A stretch of 64,000 bases of DNA from Mobula hypostoma. Its lineage: Eukaryota. Under the pieces are notes generated by a model. The model saw only the letters and a list, made by a program, of their open reading frames with translations, had not been told where the DNA came from and searched no databases. The stretch covers positions 17,422,001-17,486,000 of the forward strand of contig NC_086115.1 of the NCBI RefSeq assembly GCF_963921235.1. The letters run 5' to 3'. The stretch's first letter is position 1, and every line of letters starts with the position of its first letter. Positions 36,001-50,170 of the stretch are shown in pieces. A program made the translations under genes and the position numbers.

Positions 36001-39000
36001 GTTAGTCCTGACGAAGGGTCTCGGTCCGAAACATCGACTGTACCTCTTCCTAGAGATGCTGCCTGGCCTGTTGCGTTCACCAGCATTTTTTGTGTGTGTG
36101 GCTTGAAATTCTAGCATCTGCAGATTTCCTCGAGATGAGCCTTTTACTCATTCAGTGCCATTTAAAAACAATTCTAAAGAGAGGGTGTTTTCAAATGACA
36201 GTGTTGTTAATTAGGACAGGAGATTTTTCATTCCCGAGACCCTGTTGCTATTAAAATTCCCCCTACACTATTTCATCACTCACTCCAGGTTAGGTTATTG
36301 GTTTATTGTCGTCACTTATACTGAAGTACAGGGCAAAATTTAGTTTTGCTTGCCATACCGAAAACTTCACCACATCAGTACACCAAGGTAGGGGAAGATG
36401 AGAGGTACACTCTACGCTAACCCATCAAACACTCCTGCATTGGGTACACTTCTGATTATTAAATGTTGAGTCTGCCAATGTTACATTGTGTCCAAAGCTA
36501 GTCAACTGGCAACTGTTCTGTGCACAATCAGCAGATGAGAAGCAGTTTTATAAAATGATGCAAATTAAAATGTGCGGGTTTCAGAATGATGAGACCTGGT
36601 CTTTAACCTAAAGTGTCATTCGTGACATTATGGCTAGTGCACTTGACTGAGATCACTGTGATCAGCTACTTTCACCCCTGTAACATGTCCCATCCACGCT
36701 CTACCTAGCTCATCTGCAGAAGCCTTGGTGCATGGCTCTGTTACATCCAGAGTTAATGACCCCAGCACTCTCCTGTCCAGCCTGCTTTGTTACATACACA
36801 CACACACACACATATTTCTGGAGGAACTCAGCAAGACAGACAGGATTTACGGAGGAGAATAAACAATCAATGTTTCAGGTTGAGACCCTTCATGACCTGG
36901 CCCGACTTGTCAACTGTTTATTCCCCTCAATAAATGCTGCCTGGCATGCTGAGTTCCTCCAGAATGTTGTGTGTGTGTTTCTCAAGATTTAAAGCATCTG
37001 CAGAATTCTTTGTGTTTGTGCTTTGTTCTGCTCCTGGTAAACTTGGGCCATTCATAACCTCTGCACTCCATGTCTGAACACACCAGGTCTTCGTCACCTA
37101 AACCCCTATGTTCATTGGCACCATTATACAAACCCACTGAATCCCACAGGTACCTAACTGCATCCTCTCACCCAGCTTTCTGTAAGGATATCAGTCCTTT
37201 TCCAAACTCCTTTCCTTCTGTTACATTTGTTGTGGCTTCCACTCTACTGCCTCAGATATGTTCTCTGTCCTGAATCATGACTTCCCCTCGACTGTACTGA
37301 ATGGATCTCAACTGTATTTCTTCTGCTTTCTGCATGCGTGCTCTTACCCCCTCTACCCGGGACGAAACAAAGGGGTCCTCCTTGCTTCGGCTTCTATGCC
37401 AACAGCCTTCACGTTCAACACATCTTTCACAATTTCTACCGCTTCCAACTTGATCCCATTTTCACTCACATCTTCCCCTCACTTCTTTCTGCATTTTCCA
37501 GGTTTTGATCACTTCATCATTCTCTCTTCTGTTCCCCATCAATTTCCTGTCTCAAGGCATCCTCCCATGCAACCTGAAGAGATGCAAAATCAGTTTATAC
37601 CCCTTCCTACCATCCAGGGGCCGAAATACTCCAGCTGAAGCAGTGAATCATGTGCACTTTCAGTCTACTGTACTGCATTTGGTGTTCATAACGTGGACTT
37701 CTCTACACTGGAGAAACCACACAGATTGGGTGATCGATCACTCTGGGAGCAAATACACTCAATTCAGAGTGGTGATCCTGAGCTTTCTGTAGCACACTAC
37801 TTTGACTATCAGTCCCATTCCCATTCCCACTTGTCTTTCTACAGCCTCCTCCGCAGCTACAGTGAGGCTTAATTTGTAAGCTAGAACAACATTTTATCTT
37901 TCCTCACACTTTGCAACTTTCTGGAATGAACATTGAATTTTACAGCTTCGGCTCACATCAGTTCTCATTGCCTTACTTAAGCTCCTTTTCCTTGTTTCTT
38001 TAAATAAGACATAGGAGCAGAGTTGGACCATTTTGCCCATTGAGTCTCCTCCGCCATTCCATCATAGTTGATTTATTATCCCTCTCAGCTCTATTCTCCT
38101 GCCTTCTCCCTGTAAATATACCCAATAACTTGGCTTACACAGCCACATGTTGCAAAGAATTCCACAGATTCGCCACCCTCTAGCTAAAGAAATTTTTCCT
38201 CATTTCTATTCTAAATGGATGTCCCTCAATTCTGAGGCTCTGCCCTGTGGTCTTAGACTCCCCAACTATAGAGAACATCCACTCCATCCAGACCTTTCAA
38301 TATTCGATAGGTTTCAATGATGATTTCTTCTAAAACTCTAGCAGCCCAGAGCTATCAAACGCCTCTCATATGTTAATGCCTTCATTCCTGGGATCATTCT
38401 CATGAGCCTCCTCTGGACTCTCTTTATGACAGCACATCCATTCTTAGATGAGAGGCCCACAGCTGCTCACAATGCTTCAAGCGTGGTCTGACCGATGTCT
38501 TATAAAGCCTGTGCATTACACCCTTGCTTTTGTCTCCTAGTCCTCTCGAAATGAACGTTAATATTGCATTTGCCTTCCTTAGCACCGACTCAACCTGCAA
38601 GTTAATTTTTAGTGAATCACGCACAAGGTCCATCTGATATTTTAATTTTTCCCATATTTACAATATAGTCCACACCTTTATTCCTTCTGTCAACATGCAC
38701 AACCAGGCACTTCCCTACGTTATCTTGCATTTGCCCAGTCTGCCGAAGTCCTTCTGCAGACACCCTTCTTCCTCAGCACTGCCTGCCCTTCCACCTATCT
38801 TTGTATCGTCCGCAAACTTCATCACAAAGTCATTAATTCCTTCATTCAAATCATTGACATATAACGTGAAAAGAAGCGGTCCCAGCACTGACTCCTGCAG
38901 CACACCTCTAGCCACTGGCAGCCAACCAAAAATAGCCTGCTTTATTCCCATTCTTTGCCTCCTGCCAGTCAGACAATATTCTGTTCATTCTAGTACCTTT

Positions 39001-42000
39001 CCTGGGCTCTGATTTTGTTATGCAGCCTCGTGAGCAACATCTTGTCGAGGCATTCTGAAAATCCTAATAAACAACATCCACTGACTGACTCCTTTGTCTA
39101 CCCTTCCTGTTATTTTCTCAAAGAATTCCAACAGAATTGTCAGGAAAGATATCCCCTTAAGGAAGCCATGCTGACTTTGCCTATATTACCATGTGCCTCC
39201 AAGTACCCTGAAATTTCATCCTTAGTAAGAGACTCCAACATCTGAAGTCAGGCTAACTGACATATAATTTCCTTTATTCTCCCTCTCTCCCTTCTTAAAG
39301 AGTGGTGTGACATTTGCAATTTTCCAATCCTCAGGAACCATTCCAGGTTCTAGTGATTCTTGAAAGATCATTACTACTGCTTCCACAAACTCTTCAGCTA
39401 CATCTTTCAGAACCTTGGAGTGTAGACCATCTGGCTAAGTGATTTATGTACCTTCAGACCTTTCATCTCACTTCTGCCCCCTGACAGTCTCGCATTTCTG
39501 GCATTCTGCTAATGTCTTGTCCCTCCCCCATTTCTTTGTCCCTCGTTACTACCTCCAGTGTAATTTTCCAGTGGTCTGGTATCCACTCTTGTTTCTCTTT
39601 TACACCTTGTGTAGTTGAAAAAAATCTTCGGTATCCTCTTTTATGTTATTGGCTAGCTTGCCTTCATATTTAACCTTTTTTTCTTTTTATGGCTTTTTAC
39701 TTGCCTTCTGTTGGTTTTTAAAAGCTTCCCAATCCTCTACTTTTCACTATTTTTTTCTACATTATATGTCCTCTCTTTTGCTTTTAAGCTGCTTTGACTT
39801 CAATTGTCAGTTATGGTTGCCTCATCCTCCCCTTAGAGTGCATCTTCAGCTTTGGGATATATCTTTCCTGTGCCTTCTAAATTTCCCCCCCAGAAACACC
39901 AGCCATTGCTGCTCTGCTGTCAACTCTTCTACTGTTCCCTTCCAATCAACTTTGGCCAGCTCCTCTCTCATGCCTCTGTAATTCCTTTTACTCTGCTGTA
40001 ATACTGATATGTCTAATTTTAGCTTCTCCTTCTCAAATTGCAGAGTGAATTCTATCATATATATTATGATCACTGCAGCTTAAATCTTCCTTTAAGCTTC
40101 CGAATCAAATCTGGGTCATTATATAACACCCAGTTGAGAGCTGCCATTTCCCTAATGGGCTCAACGACAAGCTGCTCTTTTAAAAAAAACCCATCTTATA
40201 GGCATTCTACAAATTCCCTCTTGGGATCCAGCTCCAAATCAGATTTTCCCAATCTGTCTGCATATTGAAATCCTCCATGATTATCGCAACATTGCCCTTT
40301 TGACAAGTTTTTTCTGTCTCCTGTTAAAGTTGAAGCCCACATCCTGGTTACTGTTCAGAGGCCTGTGTATAACTCTCATCAGGGACTTTTTATCTTTACA
40401 TCTTAACTGTACCAACAAGGACTCTACATTGTCTGATCCTATGTCACCTTTTTCTAAAGGATTTAATTTCATTTATTTTTTACCAGTAGAGCCGCCTTCT
40501 GCCTACCTGCCTGTCCCATAGCATCATACCTGCCAATCTCTGACTGTGCTGCAAGATCTTATTCCATATACTGCATGTCTTCAAATCAGTCCTGTATTCA
40601 TCACCCTTTTTGATTTTGGCCTCTGTCATGTCAGGGTGGAGATATGTTTCTACCCAAGTGGGTGTAAGACGCTCCTTACTAGCCTGCAGGTCACCTTTGG
40701 GCAAGGTGTAGAATCTGTTTAGTCACCACACCCCAATCAGGGTCACATGAAGCTGTGTGAGCAGGTGTTGGGTGATCATATGAGCAATTGGTGTGTATTT
40801 CACGTCCTGGTTATGCAACCACTGATGCCAGACTTCCTCTGAAGAGTATTGGCAATGGCTGAGGTCGCTCATCTTGTAAAGACACGGCCCAGAAGAAGGC
40901 AGTGGCAGACCACTTTTCTAGAAAAATTTACCAAGAGCAATCATGCTTATGAAAAACCATGATTGTCCACATCATCTGACATGGCACAGAGCAAATGAAC
41001 CTTTGTTACACTTTAATTCATCCCACTGACTGCCTGCAATTTTTCCCAACCGTCCTTCTGTTTTCCTCACTACACACCAGAAATCTTTAACCCAGCCCCC
41101 TGTACCAGTTCTTCAGTCACCCATTAATCTGCCAAATCATCCAATTCTTACCTTCACTGGCATGTGGCACAGGCAGCAATCCAAATATTACTACTCTGGA
41201 GGTGTTGCCTTCAGCTTCCTGCCTAACTCCCTATGTTCTCTCTTCAGAACCTTCTCCCTTTTTCCTATGTCCTCTTTAAACTTTGCACTATGTCACAAAC
41301 AAGCGACCTCTTGTGCTGATTCCCACCCGCCCACTTCCATGCTCATGTTCCTTATCACCGGATCTGTCTTAATCTAGCCCTAGATAGGGTATTTTGCCCT
41401 ACACTCACTCTTCCCTCGTTCCCTGGAAGGGTCTGTGACTCAAAACACTAATTGGTTCTCTTTTCACAGTTGCAGTCTGACTGGCTGAGTTCTTCCAGCA
41501 TTTCAGTTTTTGTACTATTGGACTGGGTCTGATTGGTACTTTTTTTCCTCCAAAGTCTCTTCACGTTCTCCTTTTCTATCGGTAAACTCCCTCAGCCTGC
41601 AACTCTATTTTTATTGCATCTCACTTAGTCATTCAGAATTTAATTGTTCCACCAATAGCAGCTGTGACCTCGGGTGTCTGGGCCTTAAGCTCTGAAATTC
41701 TTTCGTTCAATTTTAAGGTGCTTATTAAAACTCATCATGGTGGACAAGCTTTGTGCTATTTTCCTAATGTCCCTTTTGGTCATTTTTTTGTGCTGAGACG
41801 TTTCTGTGAAATGGTTTTGGAAGCATTTGTCCTTATACAAGTGCTTCACAAATAGAAGTTGTTATTACTGCCGCTATGTTCGTCCCAAAGCAATATTAGA
41901 TTGTGAGGACACTCAGTCCTCGTTTATTGTCATTTAGAAATGCATTAAAAAATGATACAATGTTCCTCCAGTATGATATCACAGAAACACAAGACAGACC

Positions 42001-45000
42001 AAGACTAAAACTGACAAAAACCACATAATTATCACATATAGTTACAACAGTGCAAAGCAATACCATAATTTGATTTTTTAAAATATTTTTTTTAAGATAG
42101 ATTTATTAAAACTTTTTATACGAGCTTGTTGCAAACGTGGCAGTTGTGTTTCTTTCTTTACAATGTTGATCCCTTTCAAACCTTCCTCAATAGCTGTTAA
42201 ACATCTCAGGAAGTCCCAAGCTGCGTAAATCTTAAGTCCTGCTTTCTTTCCCACTCAAGAATTCCGCTTCCTGAGCTAAAAGATTCTGACAAGCTGGACA
42301 AGATAATGATAATGAAGGAAGCTGCAAAGAGGGTGAAGCTTGGTCCAGACTGTCTACCTTCCATCTGCTTTTACACCTTCCTAAACGCCTATCAGGTTAG
42401 TGACCTACTCCGTGACAGTCTTGGCCCAGGAGGAATTACACAACCTCTATATTTCCTAGAAAAAGAAGCTTGCAAATCTATTGCAATGTGTTTAATAATC
42501 CTCTTCGTTAGGGATGCAGGGGTCCACTGATTTTAAAAAAATATTTAGAGACACTCCAGCCGCAGGCCCTTTCAGCCCAATGTGCTCATAAGACCCAGTC
42601 GAATGTGTGGCCAAGTAATGGGTGCAGGGGAAAGATTCCAGACTTCTGGACAATTGTGATCTCTTCTGGGGAAGATATGACATGTATATATTTTTTTTAA
42701 AAAGGGACCGGTTACCCCTGAACCTGAACGGGACCAATATCCTTGCGGGCAGGTTTGCTAGAGCAGTTGGGGAGTGTTGAAACTAATTGGGCAGGGGAAT
42801 GGGAACCATTACGATAGGGCTGAGGATGGGGCAGTTGGTATGCAAGTAAGATGCAGTGTGTAGTGAGACTGAGGAAAGTCAGGCAGATGATAGGGCAAAA
42901 TTACAGTCAGTGAGATGAACTGGAATGTAACATAGAGGCAATATTGGAAAGGGTGAGGAGTACAGGACCGAAGGAGTTATATTTGAATACATGCAGTATA
43001 TAAGGAATATGATCCTGCAGCACGTTTAGAGATTGCCAGGTACAACGTGGGCATCACTGAGTAGTGGCTGAAAGATCACTGTTGGGAGCTTACCATCTAA
43101 GGATACACCTTGTATCAAAAGCTAGATGGAGGGGATGGGTTGGCTCTACTGGTCAAAAATAAAATCAACTCTTAGAAAGAAGTGACATATGATCAGACGA
43201 TGCGAAATCCTTCCAGACAGAGTTAAGAAACTACAAGGTAAAAAGACCCTGATGGCACCCTTGCAACCCAACACCATCTTCGCAGATTTGATTTGATACA
43301 AACGAGGCATTGCCTTGCTTTGATGCATATATGACAAATAATTCTAATCTAGTCTAATAACTGCAGATCGGCTCACGGTGCTTAAATTGGGGCAGCAGAG
43401 AGCCACAGTGAGCAGAGCTGCTGTTTCACTGGCTCGGATCCTGAATCAGGTGCTCTCTGTGTGCCTTTCCCTCCAACATCCCAAAAGTGTGAGGGTCAGT
43501 GGGGTTAACTGGCCACTTTAAATTGCCCCTAGTGTGTGGGTGAGAAGTGGAATTTGGAGGGTATTTGATAGGGCTGTGGGGAGAATAAAATGGATTTAAT
43601 GTAGGATGTGTAAATGGTTGTTTGATTGTATGGACTTAGTGGGCTGAAAGGCCTGTTTCTATGCAGTTTGACTGAGCATTGAATGTAAAATCATTGCTGC
43701 TGAATTTATACAAGACCCTGGTTGCAGTTGTGATTTTGTGCGCAGAATGTTTTGGTTATGCACACTTCCAAAGTGACCTGTCATCCCCCGTTCTGCCCTG
43801 CTGCAGGGTCTCACTGCAGTTGATTTCACGGATGATTCCAGTCTGATAGCGGGTGGATTTGCTGATTCCACCGTCAGAGTGTGGAGCATTACACCGAAGA
43901 AGCTGCGGAGCGTCAAAGGGGCCACAGGTAAATGCACAGAACCGGAGATCTTGGACGGGAAAGGGCAATGGTTCTGCTGGAGGCTGCAAGAGTGGTGATT
44001 TGACACAGGGTTATGTTGGTTTTCCCCTCACTAATTGTTTATCGCTTGCCCACCAAAATCAGTGAGGTTTGTTCTCACAGACATGTCATGAAATTTATTG
44101 TTGTGCTGGACAAAAAATATACCATGAATTACAATTAAATAGTTGCATTTATATTTATCTATATGTATCAGTGCAAAAAGAGAGAAAAAATAGTGCAGTA
44201 GTGTTCACGGTTTCATTGTCCATTCACAAATCTGATGGCGGAAGGCAAGAAGCTCTTTCTGAATTGGTGAGTGTGTATCTTCGGGCTCCTGTACTTCCTC
44301 CCTGATGGTAGAAATAAGAAGAGGGCTTGCCCTGAGTGCTCGGGGTCCGTGAGGCATTGCCTTTTGAAGATGGCCTTGCTGGGGTTGGGGGAGGCTAGTG
44401 CCCATGATGGCTCAGTAGGCTTGTTCATTCTGCCTCAGCCTCTGCAATTGAATCTAGCGGAGTCCATTTGGCCCTTTATGTTTAGGTGCTGTCCTTTGTT
44501 CATGAAGAATCTCTTCATGAGCGAATTCATGGTTCCTCAGAAGCCTCCCTTGGCCACTCTGTCAGGACCTACTATGAAATATATTGTGCATACTGAGCCA
44601 CAACTCAGATCTGGTTCTTGAGCCACAAGCAGCTCCCTCGGGCCGACTGAAAGAATTTTGTCACCACCTACTGTAGGAGTTCTGTTTCCCAATTCCTTCC
44701 TCCTCCACACTCTGCTCTGCCACTCCCAGGTCGGGTGCTGAATGTGTGTCAGTGGAGAACAGTAACTTGCTATTACACAAATACCACCTCTTCCCTTGGG
44801 CTTCGCCACGATGTACAATTTCAAGTGAGATTCTGTATGTAGATTGTCATATGTTTACAAACCTCCGAGCAACAGCATGGAGCTCTGCATTTCTGTGGCA
44901 CACAGTTTGAAGTTGTGGGTTCATGTAGCAGCAACGGACATTCCCCTTACTCAGGATGGTTTTTATATAACATGAGGTGTCCAGACCCAATCTGTTGGGG

Positions 45001-47814
45001 GAGGGGGAAGAGGACGTAGTGACTCCTGGTCTCAATGCAAGTGCGGGCTGACTGAATGTTTTGCCTTTCTCTTGCAGATCTCAGTTTAATCGACAAGGAG
45101 TCGGAAGATGTGCTGGAGAGGATAATGGACGAGAAGTCTGCCTGCGAGTTTAAAATGTTGCTAGGACATGGTGGCCCTGTGTATGGGACCAGCTTCAGCC
45201 CCGACAGGTAGCGAGCTCCCCATAAACTCTTACAAAAGATGTTGTGCTCCTGTTCATCTAATGTCCTTGTTGATGGTGCATAAATGCAGTCCGGATTAAG
45301 TGATATATTGCTAGAACATTGTTGTTGTTCTTTTCTGTGTCTTGTGGTGCGTCGGACGGCAACCTTGCCCGTTAGCATTTTTTGGTCTGTTTTTTTTTTA
45401 CGAAGCCGAGTTGCTTGCTCGACGCTCAACCCAGCACAGATGGAAAATATGCAAAGGGCCAGCCAGATTCAAACCCAGTACCACTTGCCTCAAAGTCCAG
45501 TGCAGATGCCACATCATCACCGGTCAGCTGAAATTCCTACAACACAGGAGATCATTCGACCCTGTCAGTCTTTCAGCCCACAGAATTTCTGTGCCTTTGT
45601 TCCAAAGCCCTGCAAATTACTCTCCCTCAAGTACCTCTCCAAATCCCTCTGAAAGCACTGCTTCAGTTTCTATCTCCCTGTAGGCACTGGGTTCCTGATC
45701 ATCGCCTCCAATGTCCTATAATTTGTTGGGCAAAATGTACCATCTGTGCCTCTCGTACTGGGACATATGCAGATGCGAGGGGCTTCCCTCAGCACGATGC
45801 GCATCCTTCCAATTTCCTTTCGTCTTACTTTCTCCAAAGAGAATAATTATCTCTTGTATCTCTTGAAGGTGATAGATAGGGGAAAGGAGGTAGAGAATAA
45901 AAGCAGCAGTTTGTTTTAACTTTAATTCACGGACAAGTTATCGTGTTGCCAGCAGCAGACAGTGACAGAACAGATGGTATGACAGAATGCAGAATTGTTC
46001 TTCCTCTCTCTTCAGGAATTACCTTTTGTCCAGCTCAGAGGATGGGACGGTGAGGCTATGGAGTCTGCAAACCTTCACCTGCCTTGTGGGTTACAAGGGA
46101 CACAACTATCCAGTGTGGGACACACAGTTCTCTCCCTATGGCTACTACTTCATTTCAGGAGGTCATGATCGTGTGGCACGGTGAGTGACAGTCGGAATTA
46201 GTGCGTCTTAGAGTCACGGTCATCAACATGGAAACAGGCTATTCAACCCATCATTTCCATTCTGGCCTGTGGCACCCACCTGCATTAATCAACACTATTT
46301 GGCTCATAGTTTCTATACCCGGACCTCTCATGATTTTCCAAAGGGCTCAACGTTATTTCAAATTGCTGCCAATTGTTGCTCGAGTTGACAATTCTTGTGT
46401 ATCAATGTACTGTAAACTTGAATAACACGTGGGACATTCAATCCCTCAGGCTCTGGGTGACAGATCACTATCAACCTCTGCGAATATTCTCCGGTCATCT
46501 CTCGGATGTCACCTGCACGAGATTTCATCCCAACTCCAATTATGTAGTCACTGGATCTGCAGACCGGACCATCCGGCTGTGGGATGTTCTAAATGGCAAC
46601 TGCGTCCGAATCCTCACTGGACACAAGGTAGGCAGCTCCTTGCTAGTGATTGTGGGAAGCTTAGTTGAGACCGGCCTCATTAACGCCCTCTCCTTTCTTT
46701 TAGGGGCCGATCCACTCGCTGGTGTTTTCTCCAAGCGGCAGGTACCTGGCCTCAGGTGCCACAGATGGGCGTGTGTTGCTGTGGGATATCGGGCACGGGC
46801 TTCTTGTGGGAGAGCTGAAGGGTCACACTGACACTGTCTATGCCCTGAAGTTTAGCCGTGACGGGGAAATCTTAGCATCAGGTGAGATGCTTCATTTTGC
46901 AGCAGGGTAAGACTTTAAGCTCCTTGCCAGCATTTTCTGTTCCAAGGAGCTGGTGGTTCTGAAACCCACATTCAACCACATGTCTGCAGTCACATTAGCT
47001 CTTGAGTAATAAGGCAGCTTCACTGCTATTTCCACTGTGGCCAGCTGTTTATTTTCACATTGTTTAAATTCAAATTCTCAAGCTGTTGTGTGAGATTCAC
47101 GCTACCTTTCAGGCTGTTATTTCCTTGGTCATTAGCCCAGGCAGCAAATGACTGGAATGTAAACTGCAGGAAAGCACAACAGGTAGTACAGCCTCTGTGG
47201 GAGACAAAGAGCTGACACACCAATTCTGATCCAAGGTCATGATTCTCTCCTAACAGATGTTGCCTGTCTAGCTGAATATTTTTCCAGTCAGTAGTTCAGC
47301 ACACTGTTTATATTCTTGTTTAATAGATATTAATTAACAGTATAATAAATGTGATGTGTTATAAAAGGAGTGTTGAATAGGGGTTCTGGTGTGTTATAAA
47401 GGGATTATGAGAACCAGGGCTGCAATGTGTTAAAAGGGAGTGCGTGGGAACTGGGGCTCCAGTTGTTATTGGCTGTTGTGCCTTTGACATTACAGTTCTG
47501 AAGCATGGCAGGGGCAATGGAGAAGTGTGTCTGCTGATGAAATTGGGGCTTTGCTGCTGGCAAAGGAATCTTCTGACCTATTCCTTGTTGTTTCAGGGTC
47601 CATGGATCATACTGTGAAAATGTGGGATACGGTGAAAGCCTTCGAGGACCTCGAGACGGATGATTTCAGCACTGCTACTGGGCACATTAACTTGACTGAC
47701 AACTCACAGGAGTTGCTGCTGGGCTCCTACATGACCAAATCTACGCCCGTTATCGGCCTGCACTTCACCCGCCGTAATCTGCTATTGGCCGCAGGGGCGT
47801 ACAATCCACAGTGA
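29439..47814 (+). CDS. TAF5: TATA-box binding protein associated factor 5 (TFIID subunit): join of 29439-30040, 32567-32882, 34185-34348, 42260-42395, 43807-43927, 45078-45207, 46016-46180, 46450-46627, 46704-46881, 47597-47814; 2208 nt, 735 aa
   Basis: LisH-like LLAVLQFLKK, NTD2 YPVFVHLYLELV, WD40 repeats and C-terminal LHFTRRNLLLAAGAYNPQ; all introns GT-AG and in phase. Confidence 0.98.
32567..32882 (+). CDS. TAF5: TAF5 coding exon 2
   Basis: YHGDQEGYYQDDLR...EANKTK. Confidence 0.95.
34185..34348 (+). CDS. TAF5: TAF5 coding exon 3
   Basis: VFFGLLKEPEIE...APPQNR. Confidence 0.95.
34432..36132 (+). mobile_element. Penelope-like retroelement (RT + GIY-YIG), 5'-truncated, disrupted, 9-bp TSD
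   Basis: MGTRMGPSYAYLF and FLRYID RT motifs; VIYCVRC..CGLLYIGKT..RLGDRFAEH GIY-YIG; TSD AGATGAGCC at 34423-34431 and 36133-36141. Confidence 0.9.
36004..36039 (+). ncRNA. Hammerhead ribozyme motif in Penelope pLTR (cleavage triplet decayed to AUC)
   Basis: AGTC-CTGACGA-A-GGGTCTCGGTCC-GAAAC-ATC-GACT. Confidence 0.55.
37060..37960 (+). mobile_element. Old degenerate Penelope-like fragment
   Basis: YKPTESH.YL..SSHP similar to the 34432 element. Confidence 0.6.
38000..40520 (-). mobile_element. Degenerate CR1 LINE
   Basis: GVLQESVLGPLLFTLYVNDL..KFADDTKIGG; endonuclease remnants near 40281-40472. Confidence 0.85.
42260..42395 (+). CDS. TAF5: TAF5 coding exon 4
   Basis: IPLPELKDSDK...FLNAYQ. 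Confidence 0.95.
43807..43927 (+). CDS. TAF5: TAF5 coding exon 5
   Basis: GLTAVDFTDDSSLIAGGFADSTVRVW. Confidence 0.95.
45078..45207 (+). CDS. TAF5: TAF5 coding exon 6
   Basis: DLSLIDKESEDVLERIMDEK...FSPDR. Confidence 0.95.
46016..46180 (+). CDS. TAF5: TAF5 coding exon 7
   Basis: NYLLSSSEDGTVRLW...HDRVAR. Confidence 0.95.
46450..46627 (+). CDS. TAF5: TAF5 coding exon 8
   Basis: LWVTDHYQPLRIF...TGHK. Confidence 0.95.
46704..46881 (+). CDS. TAF5: TAF5 coding exon 9
   Basis: GPIHSLVFSPSG...EILASG; follows a 76-nt intron. Confidence 0.95.
47597..47814 (+). CDS. TAF5: TAF5 coding exon 10 (stop)
   Basis: SMDHTVKMWD...AYNPQ*. Confidence 0.95.
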
Positions 47815-48083
47815 CAGGTCCTCCCCACTGCTGGCTCAGCCCACCCCATCAGGAATGGAAGCTATTCCAATTCTTGTTCCCCAGTCCCCACATCGTTCTC
47901 AGAATGAACAAAGGGTGCAGATATTTTCACGGTATCCGTGGCATTCTCATATTTAGCCCCATCCTCCCCATCAGCTTATGCCAAGGTGGTACATTTGCGA
48001 CATATTGCCGCACTGAGACGTTTTGCAGTAATGTGAATGAACAGGGATGTTCCTTTTTTTTTTAAAGTTTTGATGAAATTTAC

Positions 48084-48089
48084 AATAAA
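48084..48089 (+). terminator. Probable TAF5 polyadenylation signal AATAAA
   Basis: First AATAAA ~270 nt after the stop codon. Confidence 0.6.
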
Positions 48090-50170
48090 ACACTGAAATC
48101 AGATGTTTAATGGAGTTTGTATGGCACCCCGAGAAACTTTCTGCAAAGATGCACATTTTCCCTTTGCAAAGAAAGATCTGTCAATGTTTTAGAGACTTCT
48201 CTTCCTGTAAATATCCCTCCGTCAGGTCACTCCAAAAAAGCACAGCCACCAAGACAGTATGGATTAGACTTGGTTGCAGTCTCGTGCATATAATGCAAGA
48301 GAGCCCCACACTCAGAGCTAGGGCAATGTGATGGTTCTGAACTGGAACCCCCAAAGTCAAAGAAGCAGACCCTTCAGCCCAAATGGTGCAGTTCCTATCA
48401 AGACACCCATCTAAGAGTTCCATTTGCCCACGTTTGGCCTATTAACAAACAGTAACCCCTAAACTTTCCCTAACCATTAGTTAATGTGAAACTACTTTGG
48501 ACATCTTACTGAAGTATCAACACCAAAGGATCAGTAGAACATCTTTATAGCTGTCTTGGAATAAACCAAGCTTGTGTTTTTTTTCAAACCTGCTTTGTAC
48601 AGATGAAGATACTAACTGGAGTTCTGGATTTCCCTGTGACTTGTTCTTCCATTGCTTTGGGTGGAAAAACTTATGGAAGTAAGGCTTATTAACCATTACC
48701 AACCTATTCAATGCTGGTAATTTCACATCAAAATCAGTGTTCTGAAGCAACAGTCAGTACTGGAACATTGCAGTAACATGGCAGTTAAAACAATGCTTTA
48801 CAGTAGTAGCTGTAAGATTCCTGCTGTTGTCTGCAAGGAGTGTGTTCTCACTGGCCACATGGGTTTCCTCCTACATTCCAAAAACACATGGGTTAAGATT
48901 ACTAAGTTGTGGGCATGGTACCTTGGTACCAGAAGCATGGTGACTTGAGCTGCCCCCAGTGAATTTGATGCAAAGCAATGCATTTCATTGTATATATAAC
49001 AGAGCAAATCTTCACTGTTGAAAATGGAGTCAAGATTGTATAGATGCTGGAAATCTAGAGTAAAACATAAAATGCTGGAGGAACTTGACAGATCAGAGAG
49101 AAATTATAGATATTTCATTTCCCTCCATAGATGCTGCTTAGTTCCTCCAGCATTTTATGAATGTTGCACTGTCCAAAAAAAGCCTCTAGTTAAAGCTGCA
49201 GGGTTGGTGTTTAGTTACTCTGTGCAACTTTCACATTAATCGTGATGATTTATAGGGACTTGAATAGGTGCAGGTTTAATTAGAATAGTTGTGTAGTAAG
49301 ACACGTGGGTGAACAGACTGATGGAAACAGAACTAGGCAAGGCATTGGTTCCCACAAAGCAGAGCCAGACTGCCAGTGTAATAATCAATGTACAGGGTCT
49401 GGCTAGACAAAGTGTTGTTAGTTTTTTGCCATTTTTCCAGTCCATTCATAAATCTCCCAATGAACAAGGAACTTCTGCAAAAGACCTTTGTCCTGTAGTT
49501 GTACGGGACCAGAGCTTGTGACATGCAGAGGGGGAAGAGGGGTTGTGCGCGTGGACGCGCACGCATTCAAGCAAAACAGACAGTTGGAAAGGAAGAGACT
49601 CCTGGGCTGTTCACACTGCCAGAAAATTTTCCAGTTGAAATAAAACACGACTGAAACAGAATCCCAGGAGTTTTACTTGTGAAAGCAGATAACTTATATT
49701 ACAGCATAATAGTAATGATTGTAGAGGTTTAAATTATTTCCACAAGTCCAACAGAAACACATGCTGGTCCTTAATTTCATACTTGCACCCTCACCGAGGA
49801 GAACCTGAGAAAAGAATCATAAACAGGTAAATAAGACCTCAGAAACACAAGGCCAGCTTTCAGGGTCAATGCCAAGACATTCCTCAAATAAACAGCAACT
49901 GCCCACAGCCAAAAGAATTGTGCACACGTTTCCTAGTACCACAACAGATTAGCTGTACTGACCCATTAAACATTCCCAGAACAGGGCTGACACACTGGAT
50001 GCAAGACTCCCTCTACACTGTCCTGTCACATACTTGGGCAGGGTATGGCTCTTGGGGCTGAGACAGCATGAAAATATTGGCTAGTGGAGCAAAATCAGAT
50101 AAAGATGAACTTTATCACATGTACATCAAAACACACAGTGAAAAGGACCTAGTGCTTTCCTTATGATGAA